Shown here: piece by piece, positions 50,740-64,000 of the stretch | Layout of the letters: each line of letters opens with the position of its first letter | How positions within the stretch are numbered: the stretch's first letter is position 1 | From: Lytechinus pictus | Taxonomy: Eukaryota | Assembly (NCBI RefSeq): GCF_037042905.1 | Contig: NC_087245.1 | Location: 868,001 to 932,000, forward strand | DNA length: 64,000 bases | Direction: 5' to 3' | The notes under the pieces: generated by a model | The model's input: the letters and a program-made list of their open reading frames with translations, nothing else | Told to the model about the DNA's origin: nothing | Database searches by the model: none | Program-made: the position numbers and the translations under genes

Positions 50740-52640
50740 CAGTGCGTCCCAAAAAAACCTATTCACTTTTGAAATGGCTGCCAAATAAAAAATATAGCAT
50801 TTTGGGAGAAAAAATTTACATATATGGAAAGCCAATAAAGTCAACTTTCAAATGACACCAAAAAGTTGGAAAACTGTTTATGCTTGAGCGAGCACTGCCC
50901 ACTGAAACAAAGGGTATGAAAATTAGGGTGGGCTGGAATTAGCCTTCCAATTTATGTCAGTTTTTAAGAGGCAAATCCTTTCGAACTTGCAAAGTTAAGG
51001 GCGTTGTGATAAATTAATGATCAACCGTAACCAGTTTTGGTTGCTTATGCATATTCTATAAATTATTAAATTGAACTTTAATGCATGAGTGAACACAAAT
51101 TACACTTTTGGGGCAGCATTTCAACTTTATCATTTGGATCTCTTTTTGGGCAGCATTTCAACTTTATCTCAGCAGTGTGTTCATGGGAGTCGGGAGAATA
51201 GGGGGTGAGATAGGACTTAAGTGGGAGAAGTAGGTTGATGGAATAAGGGTCAACAGAACATTCAGCCCCCGCCCCCTCCCTCTTTCCCGCCCTCCCCTCA
51301 TGTTGAGAGACTGATGGCTATGGAAGGAGAGGAACGATTATAAAGGACACGTCAAAGAAAGAAAGAAAATAATAGTTGACCAAACGAGTTGGCGGTAATA
51401 GTCAAATATGACTGGTCGCCATTAAATTCCAACCAACAACAACATTGTCATGCACGCGTGAAGTCCAGAGCGGAATGTTGATTTAATGATTAATTCTGAA
51501 TTGGGGCATCAACTTTTTCCTATCAATCATTTCATCAACAATTTATCAGTAAATCAACTCATTCAATGTGCAATGTGATCAATCAAACATTCAGTTGTTT
51601 TTTTCAATAAATTATTTCATTAATCATCATAATCATTAAATTTCTTGGTAATAATTCAATAAAAAAGTGACCATCAGCCACCGATCACTTGGCAGCTAAG
51701 TTTTGAATAGGCTACAATCCAGGAAGTGAGACAGAGAGGGGGGCTGGGAAATGGAGGTGGAGAGGGGAGGGTACATAATTATGACTTTTAATTTGTAAAA
51801 GGACAAAAAGAAGAGGAATGCCCTGTTAACCAAGTCTTAGCATATCCCGACCTCTTGCTTGTAACAGGTACCATCACATTACTCTGACTCTCACGAACAC
51901 ACTTCTGAGGTCCACAAGATGAATATGCTACACTAAAATTTCAATTCCTGTTCACTCATGCATTAAATTTTAATTTAGTAACTCATGAAATTTGCCAAAA
52001 CCAAAACTTATCTCACTCATTAATTTAGCTTAGCAAGTTCCAAAGGACTAACCACTCAAAAAAACTGTAAGGCTAATTCCTGCCCAGCCTAGCCAAATTT
52101 AGTGTCTGAAGAGGAAAGAAGCGGGGGTGGGGGGTTGAGATGGAGGGAGGGGTTGCTAAATGTTCTGTTGACCTTTATCCCATCAACGTACTTCACCTAC
52201 CTAAGTCATATTACCCCCTCTTCTCCTGACTTTCATAAACACATTGTTGAGATCCACATGATAAAGACAAAATGCTGCACTAAAAATTGCAATTCACGAT
52301 CACTCATGCATTAAATTTCAATGTAATAAACGCATTAAATTTTCACAAACAACAAACTATCACAACTGATCTTTAATTCACCGAAGAACCCTCAACTTTG
52401 CAAGTACCAAACAAAAAACCTGAAAGAAATTGGAAGGCTAATTCCGTCCCACCCTAATTTTCATACCCTTTGCTTCAGTGGGCAGTGCTCGCTCAAGCAT
52501 AAATAGTTTTCCAACTTTTTGGTGTCAATTGAAAGTTGACTTTATTGGCTTTCCATATCTATAAGTTATTTCCCCCAAAGTTCTATATTTTTTATTTGGC
52601 AGCCATTTCAAAAGTGTATAGTTTTTTTTGGGACGCACTG
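50740..52640. mobile_element. Tc1/mariner-like non-autonomous element with TIRs of about 200 bp
   Basis: TA|CAGTGCGTCCCAAAAAAA ... TTTTTTGGGACGCACTG|TA; same terminal 12 nt as the element at 8030 but a different interior. Confidence 0.87.
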
Positions 52641-53803
52641 TAGAGCAAAAAAAAAGACCTCATGGCTTTCCTGGTGAAGTGATCTGATAATCTGTCCGTC
52701 GTGATGCCTCTACCCTTGCCATATTAGTCGGGATTCACCATATAAATTATTCAAAGTGACAGTATTGATAACCTGGCGATCAGAATATTTAGAATCTCCT
52801 TGCCCGTTGAGGGATTTAGTATCTAGGCCTGCGATTAATCGAGAGGGATAAGTCGAATACAAAATGTGTAAAGATGAGACTGTAGACATGAAAATAATGA
52901 CGAATATGACATTACAATACTAATTGGTTTGATGTGCAAACAAACAAAAAAGAATTCCGAGAGGACCAAACACAGCCTATGGGGAAATAAATGTCTAAAA
53001 GTTGATAGTAAACAAAGCGAGAGGGCGAAACTCTTGAAGTTTAGAAAATAAAAATCAAATTTTGCGATTCAGAAAAAAAATCGTATTTCACGATTTTTCC
53101 TTTACTTTTTTTCTCTCTCTCTTTCGCTTTTCTTTTTTGGGGTTGTGGAACTTTTTTTCGGAGTATAGGGGTCAAGCGCCCCGAGGCTCCCGAAAATTCA
53201 CCAATATGCATTTATATAATGATATATCATTAAACAATGAAGAGATGAAATAGAAATTGAGGTTGTGATAAGCTAAAAAGTAGAGGAAGAACATAAAATG
53301 ATTTTAATCGACTACTACCATGACTACTGTTGATCTATAATGAGTCTGAATTCACAAGAGGGATCTTATTTTAGTGCATATCAATGCCATTATTTTATTT
53401 GTTGAAAAACTAATATAAGAGTAAACCTAAGAATGTCGATCATTGCTTGATACATACCTGAAGGTATACCCATTTGTATTGACTGATATCTGTACAGGTG
53501 TACATGGTGTTTGCATGACGTCTTCATAATCAGATGAAATCACAATGAGAGATGGTGATGGGTTAAGCGACAAAACAAGCTAAAAATACTTTTCATTGAG
53601 AGAAGATAGACATTTTGAAGTTAAGGCTGTTGAGGTATTACTTGCATTAAGTCACCATTCAGGTCAAAGAGAAAACACCATATCTAGAATCATTTACGAC
53701 ATCATTTGTAACTCCAATTTTAAATCAGTTTATCTTAATTACGATTGAATAAAAAAATCCTAACAGCCCCTATCTTTCTTAGCTTTAAATCATTGAACAT
53801 TTA

Positions 53804-54666
53804 GAGGGTACTCCAGGATGAAAATATGTATATATGAATAAATAGTGTAAAATTCAAAAAGCAAAATGCTGAAAATGTCATCAAAATTGGATAAGAAATA
53901 ACAAAGTTATTGAAATTTAAAGTTTAGCAATATTTTGTGAAAATATAGTCATATCACGTCATCAGGAACATTCATTAGGTGGGCTGAGGATGTCACATCC
54001 CACTTTCCTTTTCTTTATGTTATTACATGAAATTATGATTGTTTCATATCTAATTCCCTAAATCAGTTGGTAATCCATTTTTTTTTCAGTTCTTGGTAGA
54101 AAAGAAAATTGAATAAACCTAATTTCATGTAATTAAATACAAAAGGACAATAATAATAATAATATAGGGTGTTTATATTGCGCTCATTTCCACCTTGTTA
54201 GGTGCTCAAGGCGCTCTTATATTACCCGGCTAAGCTAGGCGTTCATAACGCACACAGCTTTTTAAGGAATTACTTCCTACCGGTACCCATTTACCTCACC
54301 TGGGTTGAGTGCAGCACATTGTGGATCAGTTTCTTGCCGAAGGAAATTACGCCATGGCTGGGATTCGAACCCACGGCCCTCCGTTTCAAAGTCTGAATAC
54401 TAATCCACTGGGCCACAACGCTCCACGTGGAGACAAGGGGAGATATGACTTCATCAAGTTGCTCATTGAATATAACAAACTGAATTGAAAAAAAATTAAA
54501 TGCTCATGAAAACATGCTTAGAACTGTTTCACAGGAATAATGCAAATCTTCAAAATGTCATAACTTTGTCATTCCTAATCCGATTTGATCAAATTTCAGT
54601 GTTTTGTTTATCTGAATTTTCTTTACATATTTAAATCATATTATGCTTAGCCCGGAGCATCCCTTC
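53804..54666. mobile_element. Decayed Kolobok/T2-like MITE interrupted by a SINE
   Basis: Ends AGGGTACTCCAGG / CCCGGAGCATCCCT; body similar to the element at 60975. Confidence 0.65.
54150..54426 (-). mobile_element. tRNA-derived SINE, same family as 9600-9860
   Basis: Reverse complement reads GTGGAGCGTTGTGGCCCAGTGGATTAG...GGGTTCGAATCCCAGCC with a (TTA)n tail. Confidence 0.82.
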
Positions 54667-57600
54667 AAGTAGGATTATTGTAATTATCTAGATTTTAGTG
54701 TCGATCATCAATACAAAAAAAAGTGACAGTGACCTTAAAATACAAGACGATGATATTCAAACAAGATAGATTATTGATTTAAGACTACCACGGTGTGGAA
54801 GATAATAATTGTATAATGTTTAACTAGAGAGATTGTAGGTATAAAATAGTGAGTGAAATAGTGGTAGACAATATACTATTTCTTGAATAAAAGACAAGTT
54901 TATACCATGAATATGGAATTGGTGATTAAATTTACCCGTAAATTCGGAATATATAGTGCCATGTAGTAATTTTGTGTACAAAATTGTGATCTATACATTT
55001 TAATTTTCTAGACATAAAAACTAATTTCAAGATATATTGTACATGTGGTACAATAATAAACATGAACACACAATTACTTTTTAATACATGCTCTATGTAG
55101 ATGTTGGAAGGTTCTTGCAATGTTTCCCATTCTATTTGTCAAATATAATTAGGTTCAATTCATTCAATAATAAACAAAAAACTGCAACAATTGACAATCG
55201 CGCATTCATGTTTATAAGCAGAATGGAGAAGCAACACTTAATTTCATTTTTACTTGCAAAAGTCATTTTCACATGCAAACGTCATATTATGTAAGTACGA
55301 TGTTATGCACAAGTGCTGTAATGATCTGATTTTCAAATATCCGTATATCGTGAAGACATTTTTCGCCCCTACGTGAAAATGCAAATAAATAATTCATTTA
55401 AAAAAATGATGGAGATGATGATCGTCTGGCATTTGCTTTAAGTCTACCAAACACTTTCTATAATATCCTTTCAAATTTAGTCTGGGGATTATTTCTAGAT
55501 CCCAGACGAGAACAATTACAAGCCAAAGACTGTAATCCTGCGGAAAATAGAGCAAGAAATATTGGATGCATATTCTAAGAGCTCAATACTAGGGAGCATT
55601 TTATATATGAATTGATCTTCCCTTTTCTTTGAGAGGGAGAGGAGCAGTGGCGGCACCAAGGGGGGGGGGGGCACAGGGGGCATCCCCCCCCCCACCGTCA
55701 GGATCGTTGCCCCCTACCCCGAAATTTCGAAATCTGAAAAAATGTAAATTAAATACTGTCATAAGCATCCTACTCAAGCTGTAAAGTGCCCCAAAACAGC
55801 ATTTTCACTCTTCGAATTTTGATTATAAATGCTAGAGTTTGCTGTTGTAGTCTATTCTAAAGAAGAAGAAGGAGGAGGAGGAGAAGAAGAAGAAGAAGGA
55901 GGAGGATGAGGAGGGGATGAGGATAGCAGCAAAGAAAGAAATATCACATAAAGGGGTAAACACCTCGTGGTTAAAGTCTCGTCCTGATATCAAGTGAAAA
56001 GTCAACTCAACATGTTGGTGCGTCATGATCACGTGAGCAAACTCCCCTTAACCTTTAGTTTAGAAGATTCTTGGCCTTGACTCGTTCAGGGAAACTCCTT
56101 ATGGGATCAAGTAGAATCCTTCGTGTCACTCATGCCTCTCAATATACTTAAAGATTCTTACGAAGATAATATGAAATATATACTGTATATAATTTATATT
56201 AGAATAAAAGAGATCCAATATTATGATGCATGCCACACATAGAATGTAATTAGTTTTACCGCAAATCATTTATTATTACAACAGCATTTTTGACTCTCTG
56301 TATGGTATTTGTTAATTTAGATGTTTGATTGCACAGGGTTACAATAATAACATAAAGAAAGGACAATTGTCTCTGCTAAACCATACCAACGTTACCAGTA
56401 TCGGTAACAAAGTCAAAAGTTAAATACACTTTGTGTGCAAAAAGATACATAGCATGATATTGGTTAACCAGTCTCTCTAACACGATTAAAAAAGAAAATA
56501 AAAAAAGTATGTCATCTAAAATGCGGAGGAGCAACAAAGGTCAAAGACCTATCGAGTCTGCTCTCAGAGCCATATGGTTGACAAATAGATGATAAATGTA
56601 TATTTAAACATGGACTCCCCCCTTATTCAATTATTATTCGAGCAACTTAACAAATGGGAAATGGAAACAAAATTACTATAAGGAAGTAGTCTGCACCTTA
56701 CGTTTTAATTTGCAGTTACCATGGTCACGGATTACCATTCTTCCGCTCAAACGATTTTAGTCAAATAACCACAGATGAATTTCAATATAGGTGTATTTTA
56801 CCCGAAAGAACCCTTTCGATATATAGCTTTAAAAAGTAAAAATACAATAATTTCTTATAGTAGCTCACTTCTCCAAGTACAGTATGTAATATACTATGGG
56901 GTCTAAGTCAGTAAGGCAAATTATCTTATCCTTGGTTGGACTGGCATTTAAAAAAGACTTAAGAAGTAGAGTGAGAATGGGAGAGTGTAAGATAACATGT
57001 TGAAGAAAAGGACTAAAGAAGGGAAAAGAGTATGAGGTCTGTGCCTTGTAAATCTTATCTTACCCCACTATTCAACTGAGAGAAAAAAAATGACATCACA
57101 TTTTATGGTTGATTCGCCCCTGCTCTATCAAACCACCTGAACGCCCCTACATAATACTCCGAAAATATATTCACCTTCTTATGTACAGTATGAGTATTTT
57201 CTATAGGTATAGCTATATAGTGTAGATGTGTTTCCACTGTGTGGTATACGTTCTACTAATCTACCTATTTTCAGTAGCTTTCATTGGTGTATTGACACTG
57301 AAATTGGATGTACCCCAGGCAATATGAAGGGACCTTAATTTGAGCGGAGTCTCTCTACTAATTCAATCAATTACAATGCCTCGTTACTTTCTGAAAGTCT
57401 CTAAAAAGCACACCACTTTAATGTATTTAGATGGATATAGTGCATCATTTCCCAGTTATACTGGCTAGTAAACACATTATGCTATTTCATAATTAGCTTC
57501 AACTTCTCTCTTTTGGAGGCGCTAGTACATCCGGAAGAGAAGGGAACAAGGGGCGGTGAAAACACATTTTGATGAGGGGAAGAGACGATCTTAAAGGCGA

Positions 57601-59960
57601 CGTCATATTATTTCATAATAAAAAAAATTGTTGCGATACCACTCAATACCATTCTAATCTACATCCACTTTCTATTCTCAATTTTTACTTCTCTCAAAAT
57701 CAAGGGATTGATTGCACCTTAACCCCCCCCCCCCCCCCCGCCGCCCTTGTCGTGCTTTTGTAAAAGACGCTCGAATGAGAAATAATTCCTACTGGTCTCT
57801 CAATAATTATTTTGAAGAACAAGACTTTTTAGAGTGAAAAAATACCTTTATTACATTTGGCCATGGAGATGATACTTTCCGACTTATGCAAGGCTGTTCG
57901 TGAACCAGTCGTGGCATCGCACTGCCACGTATCCTCCCTCATCGTCCCGAGGCGACGAGTCCACGAACAGTTTGCGCATAGTTTACGACCCGGTCCCTAA
58001 ATTTTGTCATGACCAAAATTTTGAACATTTCAAAATTCTCATCCCGACATGGCACGCAGTCACGACTGGTTTATGCACACTCCACGCCAGTTTACTCGAG
58101 TCGTATCAATGCGTGCCACGTTATCGTGCAAGTGTCAGCCTAGCTTAATGTCCAAGTTGAGACCGGGGTTTGAACTAAGAGCCTTCTAGCATAGCTCGTG
58201 GACTACTAGTACAATGGTACAAACATGTTGACAAAATTATTTGATGGTGTCGATCATGGTTATATCTTCGTATTAACGATTATTCATTACTGGTAATCCA
58301 TTTTATTTATTACGAAAGGGAATGTTCTGTACAGAACTTGCTTAATTATCCATTCGTAATTTTCGTACATAAACATGCTTTTAATATTTTCGTCGGCTTT
58401 AAAATCCCGTATTTCAACTCGAAATATAGACTTGAAGCTGCATGCATGAACGCTCCCGAGATGTTCCCCAAGGCTATAATCTATCACCGCTGTCGTTTCG
58501 CCTGTTTTTTCAAAGTCATGCACAACACACATTCAAAGACTATATCTACCGGTTGTATGCCGTCTTGTAGATCATGAGCGTGGACTTTTATTGAATTCAA
58601 CTACAAACAATGTTATGCCTCTTTCGTGAGGAATAGATGCCATAAAATGTATTATGTATTACTATTGATATTGATTTTGATATGAAGGCCCTACTTCAAT
58701 ACTGTGTATATTGAATTTCAAATTAAAAATATTGTTATAGTTGTGTTTTTTTAAAGGCCTCCACAAATATTTTAGATGTCGTCATGACGATCGCATGATA
58801 ATGAATATGACCAAACATTAATTTTCAGAATAATGGGCAGTTATCGATTTGGGTATATGCTGGAAATGCTTTAAAAAATTCAATGATTTTCGTCTATACT
58901 CGATCTTTATCAAAAGACCTTTAGGGCGATTATCATTCAGGGGTTGATCGTCCAAAATATTGGGCCAGCAGCGGTATATAGCAATATCGCTTTGAAGACA
59001 TGATTAGAGTCATAATCTGGAAAGGGTCGCCAATTGCACGGAGATGTAATAGGGCAATTAAGAGCTAAATATTCTATCTTTATAGTCATTAAGGTTTCAC
59101 AGAGCCGATAGAGGATATTCGTGATTAGAGCTCTTTGGTAGTCTAAAAATAAATCTCTTTCTTTAAAAAAGTAGTCTGTTGCTTATTATAATATTCAACG
59201 CTTGAAATTAATTACTGAATTCTTTGGTGCAGATAAAAGATGACAAAAAGGGATTGTATGCAATATAAACGCAATGTTCAAATATATCTTCTTATGCTAA
59301 ATAGCAAAATGATAATCAAATATCAGTTAGCGGTTATCGTAATTACTAGAACTTGCTTAAACCATGAAATCAGCTACCATATTATTACTGACAATGTACC
59401 CTAGGCTGTGTGTTACTATGTATCGCCATGTGGTTGGAACAAGTGTATTCGACGATGGGAGCGTGGCGCCTCTGTTAGAATCGACGTTTTACCCTTAACA
59501 TGGGCCTCTAAACACACTCCGTTCACCCTCTACTATAACACACAAGGGAGACTCAATGTGAGGTTAAAGTCACACGAACCAAACCTACAACAGACAGATC
59601 AAAGCTATTACATTACTTCCAATCTCATTTCATTGGTCTGTTTGGAATAACATTCGTTGGTGTGACTGTATATAGCATTAATGCAGTGTAACACAAACAA
59701 ACAAAATAAAAACATAACAAATAAAGATGTTTAAGGGGAGACGTATTATGTCCGATAATAAGAATCTGTTCTTAAGTATTTATTGTCCAAGTCCAACTAA
59801 AGAAATACAAAAATTGGGATTTAAAATCACTATCTGAAAATCATATTAATGCAATGAACTACACGAGATAAAATGTAATCTTTTTTTTAATGAATAGTCG
59901 AATCCGTCATGATATTGTATCACCGATTAATCAATCTTGGGTACTGCGTATTATCATGAT

Positions 59961-60225
59961 CAGTGATGGAACCGGGGGGGGGGCACATCCGGCCCGTCCC
60001 CCTTGAGAGTCACAGCAAATATATACAATGGGATTTTTTTTCTTCCTTCAAACACTAGTGAGGAAATTTTATTTATTCATTTTGCTTTTTATTCTTCTTG
60101 TCAAATTTTGCTGGGGACCAAACCTTCATTTTATAGTGAAACCTTTCTTTCTTCTTTCTTTGCATGTAAAATTTTGCTAGGAAAAATGTGCCCCACCCCC
60201 TTTGCGAATCCTGGATCCACCCCTG
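59961..60225. mobile_element. Short hAT-like MITE
   Basis: CAG...CTG termini with degenerate TIRs; flanks ATCATGAT and ATCATGAC (7/8 match). Confidence 0.55.
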
Positions 60226-60974
60226 ATCATGACTTTGCCTGATTGAAGGGGTAAGATCTTTCTCTACTGGAATAATAATCGGAATCAGATGGACACGAGC
60301 AATCCCAAATGCGTGGGATCTCTGAGTGAGAATGGTCCATTGAATAACATTGAACATGTTTAAGATGCTTTCCCTGTGTTGATCACTTCATGTAATCAGT
60401 GACTTCGTGTGAGTAAAAGTCAATACTCGTTGATTAATCGTTACTCTCCAGAAAGAGGTTCACACTGAATTGATTTTATACAGTTTCCTTAGTCAGGGAA
60501 TACATTGATGCGGGTTTTTATTATATATATATATTTAATGGAGATTAGAGTTTACGTTATGATTGTATATATTTTAAAACAAAGTATTCATGCCATATGA
60601 ATGAAGTTTGTTCATAAATTCAAATTCAATCAAAGTATGATGAATTAAGTCATGCATACACTGCTTTTATTAATTTAATATGTCATTAATTTCATTGAAG
60701 CTTGAATGATAAAGTGAAAAATGAATGAAATCTTTTTCATTTTGTTCACCCCACTCTTCTCCGCTCTTAAGCCCCCCCCCCCCCATAACATGCATTTTTT
60801 TAAACATGTGCACACCTAGTTAGCAATAATGCGTATATCATTTTAATTCACTTGAATGCAGGACAAAAGAGCATTGTCGATTAAATGCCTTGCTCATGGG
60901 CATAGGTGACGCGGCCAGGGATCGAACCCCGAACTTTCCATGTATCGCCTGTTTCATAACTATCAACTGTTTAA

Positions 60975-61561
60975 ATGGATGGTCCGGGTTGAAAGTATTT
61001 ATAGCTTAATAAATAGAGTAGAATTCACTGAGCAAAATGCCAAAAATTTCATCAAAATCGGATAACAAATAACAAAGTTATTGAATTTTAAAGTTTCTCA
61101 ATATTTTGTGAAAACAGTCGTCATGAATATTCATTAGGTGGGTTGATGATGTCACATTCCCACTTGTTCTTTTGTATTTTATTATATGAAATTAGGTTTA
61201 TTCAATTTTTTTCCTCCAAGAACTAGAAAAATTGGATTGACAACTGATTTAGTGCATTAGATTTTATTGCTGCAACTTATTTCATTATAAGGGAAACATA
61301 ATTTCTATTATTCACACAAGTATGAAATAATGAAAAAATTAGGATTTTATGTATAACATACGAAAACGGAAAGTGGGGATGTGACATCATCAGCCCACCT
61401 AATGAATATTCATGACGACTGTTTTCACAAAATATTGCTAAACTTTAAACTTCAATAACTTTATTATTTGTTATCCGATATTGATGAAATTTTCGGCATT
61501 TTGCTCAGTGAATTCTACTCTATGTATTCAGATATAAATATTTTCAGCCCGGACCATCCCT
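60975..61561. mobile_element. TTAA-targeting palindromic MITE (Kolobok/T2-like)
   Basis: TTAA|ATGGATGGTCCGGG ... CCCGGACCATCCCT|TTAA; inverted arms of about 190 bp. Confidence 0.85.
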
Positions 61562-62491
61562 TTAACCCAATCGATCATGCCCCGACAATCATTTTGATTG
61601 AATAATTATGATCTTTGCCAAAACTAGATTCTCGTGAAATTCAAAACAATCGACCATAACGGTAGACTGGTTCGATCATTGTCTTATCAATAATTTGACT
61701 AGCAAAAGAAAAAAAATAATCCAAACACGTTTTTTTTTAATCTACTATTCCGTGGTGGTGGGGGGGGGGGTGTCGTACCTCCTGACTACTGCCTTGTGAA
61801 ATCTTGTTTTGCTAAACGAATACTCGATAGCGGCAGATTTTTTTAATCAACATGGAATTCATCGATCCTCTAAGCATGCTAAGCATACATGGAAATACAA
61901 TCTCCTCTTGCTAATGTGAGAATTGCAAATGCATTATTTCCAAGGAAAGAGAGTAACGTGAGAATGTGAGCAATCAGTCAAAGTTTGTTGTGTAAAAGGA
62001 TGACAAATACCAGTTTTGTCTAACATGTCGTTTGGATCCACTAGCTGTTCCTCGATTGATTTACACGAAAGAGATGCTGTTTTTCGCAATATGCAGAGAT
62101 TCTAATGCGTCTCGAATTCGACTGTTTACTGACTGAACTAATGTGAATTTTGCAATTAAATGGATGACATACAGGCTGGCATATTTTTTGTTTGGCAAGG
62201 ATGGCAAAACAATCAATATTGCAAATAAATACCTGATCGATATAAAATCTGGATTAGTTGAATATAATAATATTAAATTTAGAGTATTTCGTACCATATA
62301 CGTACACGTTATCTCTATGTCGGTACTACCAGGGAGTGATTCACTGCTATTGCACATGTAGCATGCTAAGATAATAACATTGTTGATCATATCGAATTGT
62401 TTACCCTTGCCGTGGGAAACGCTATTATTTTTTCCATATTACTTGACTCAACTGAAGAGGGTTGGCATGGTTGGTGCACCAGGGGATCTAA

Positions 62492-62877
62492 TACCCCTTT
62501 CATAAACCCAATAAAACCCAATTATGCGGCTAATAGCAGCATAATTTGGTCGTAAAATCAGAGGAGGACAAGAGTTATCCGCATTATTCTGATGCTGCTA
62601 TTATCCGCATAATAGTGGCATCGGGACAAGATTTTGAGTTTATGAACGTATTTCCAAATAATGCGGATAATTGCCATGGTGCGGTCACATGGTCACCCTT
62701 TTCCAACACAACCGCATCGGAGGGGGCGTGTCCAGTTGTCATGACGATTATCCGCCTTTTTCAGGACGGGCGCTCGTAAAAATAATGCGGATAATTTTCG
62801 GAGTTTGTGAACGCAATTTTTATTGAATTGTCCGCATTACTCTGAGGATAGGTTTTATTGGGTTTATGAAAGGGGTA
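62492..62877. mobile_element. PIF/Harbinger (Tourist-like) MITE
   Basis: TIR TACCCCTTTCATAAACCCAATAAAACC and its reverse complement; TAA on both sides. Confidence 0.85.
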
Positions 62878-64000
62878 TAAGACTGACCGATGTTGGGGCC
62901 CATAAGGGGTCCCCTTTTCTTCCAAAATTCTGTGACAAACAGCCAAAAAAAAAAAAATCTTCATCACCCCTATTCCATTTTTGTAAACAATGCTCACATT
63001 CCTTCCTCCATGCGTGTGTGCATGTGTAGGTCCATGGTGTGTGTGAGGAGATGGCGGTCCAGGGGTGTCTAGTAAATATCGACTTTCCTATGCTACATTC
63101 TGGTTTATACTTCCTAAACACCCAAAACAAAGGACGGTTCATCACAAAATGCAAATTACATAAAGGCAAAGTCAGCAGGAAAACAGAATAATGCTGGTAT
63201 TTGGGTGGCAACAGGCATCATCCCAATAATGAACTGTGAGAGGATAAACAATAATAAAATATCCTGGAAGCTAGACTGTTGTAGAGACGCTTGATCTTCA
63301 TCACCTAGGCGAACGCAGTACCAGAGCGGGTCGTTTTATCAGAGGAGTGGAAAATCCGATCGTGACCTCTCACGACCTACAAGGTCACAAGAGGATTACA
63401 AGCAGATCGTTGCCTGCTAAAAAAGTCGAATACCAACAGGGCTTTTTACTTACAGATCTAGCTTGTTATCCTTTGGTACACGTACTTTGGTGGTATACTG
63501 TGGTATAGACATGGACCTACTAGTACTACAAAGAAGGAATATACCCTTCCTGAGTAGAGTAGACCGTTTTGATAGCGGCTTTGTGGTTGACCTGAGGTGA
63601 AACTTACACCATATCAAGCTATGTTCCTGAGTGTGATATGGAAAATAGAAAGTCTGACATTTTGTGGTGTGGTGTTCAGTGGTAAAAAGGTGTGATATCA
63701 GTCTTATTTTTAGGCACTGCAGTGTCTGCACATGCACTGTACTGTCGAGGTCCTGATGGTTTATAGACGGGTTCATCGTTCATGAATATTTTAGTCTGGC
63801 CATGAAGCTTGTAAACTTCATCGGTGGTGATTGATACGAACTATTGACTGGAAATATAAGTAGGATTATATCAAATTGTATTGTGGACTTTTTTTTTAGC
63901 GACGATTGAGTGACCTTTTGCTATCCTCCAACATGTCCAAGGTGTCAATCAAGGTAAGGAAGGTATCATTTTATTACTCAAGTTTTCATCAACCATGATG

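Noticed and set aside
63933..63953. MSKVSIK as the start of UFM1 (MSKVSFK...)
   Set aside because: Only seven residues match loosely, and the following sequence does not encode ITLTSDP.

Overview
Eukaryotic, AT-rich, repeat-rich animal DNA; the repeat families suggest a marine invertebrate, probably a sea urchin (inference). Bases 1 to about 33.5 kb hold most of a + strand peroxisomal acyl-CoA oxidase 1 (ACOX1) gene: exons 2-14 by human numbering, all with GT-AG boundaries and consistent phases, ending in a -SKL PTS1. Three things stand out. (1) Exon 3 is present as three intact, divergent 161-nt copies that can only be used mutually exclusively; vertebrates have two. (2) The exon 13 acceptor plus its first 108 coding nt is amplified as a 145-bp tandem array, giving 10 stop-terminated decoy copies ahead of the real exon. 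(3) A HERO-like non-LTR retrotransposon fragment in intron 4 ends in a sequence that folds as a hammerhead ribozyme with a rearranged (non-circularly permuted) strand order, on the sense strand of the pre-mRNA. The rest of the window (about 33.5-64 kb) has no recognisable host protein-coding gene. It contains MITEs (some nested), tRNA-derived SINEs and microsatellites, plus two weak candidate first exons. All coordinates were read by hand and no database searches were run.
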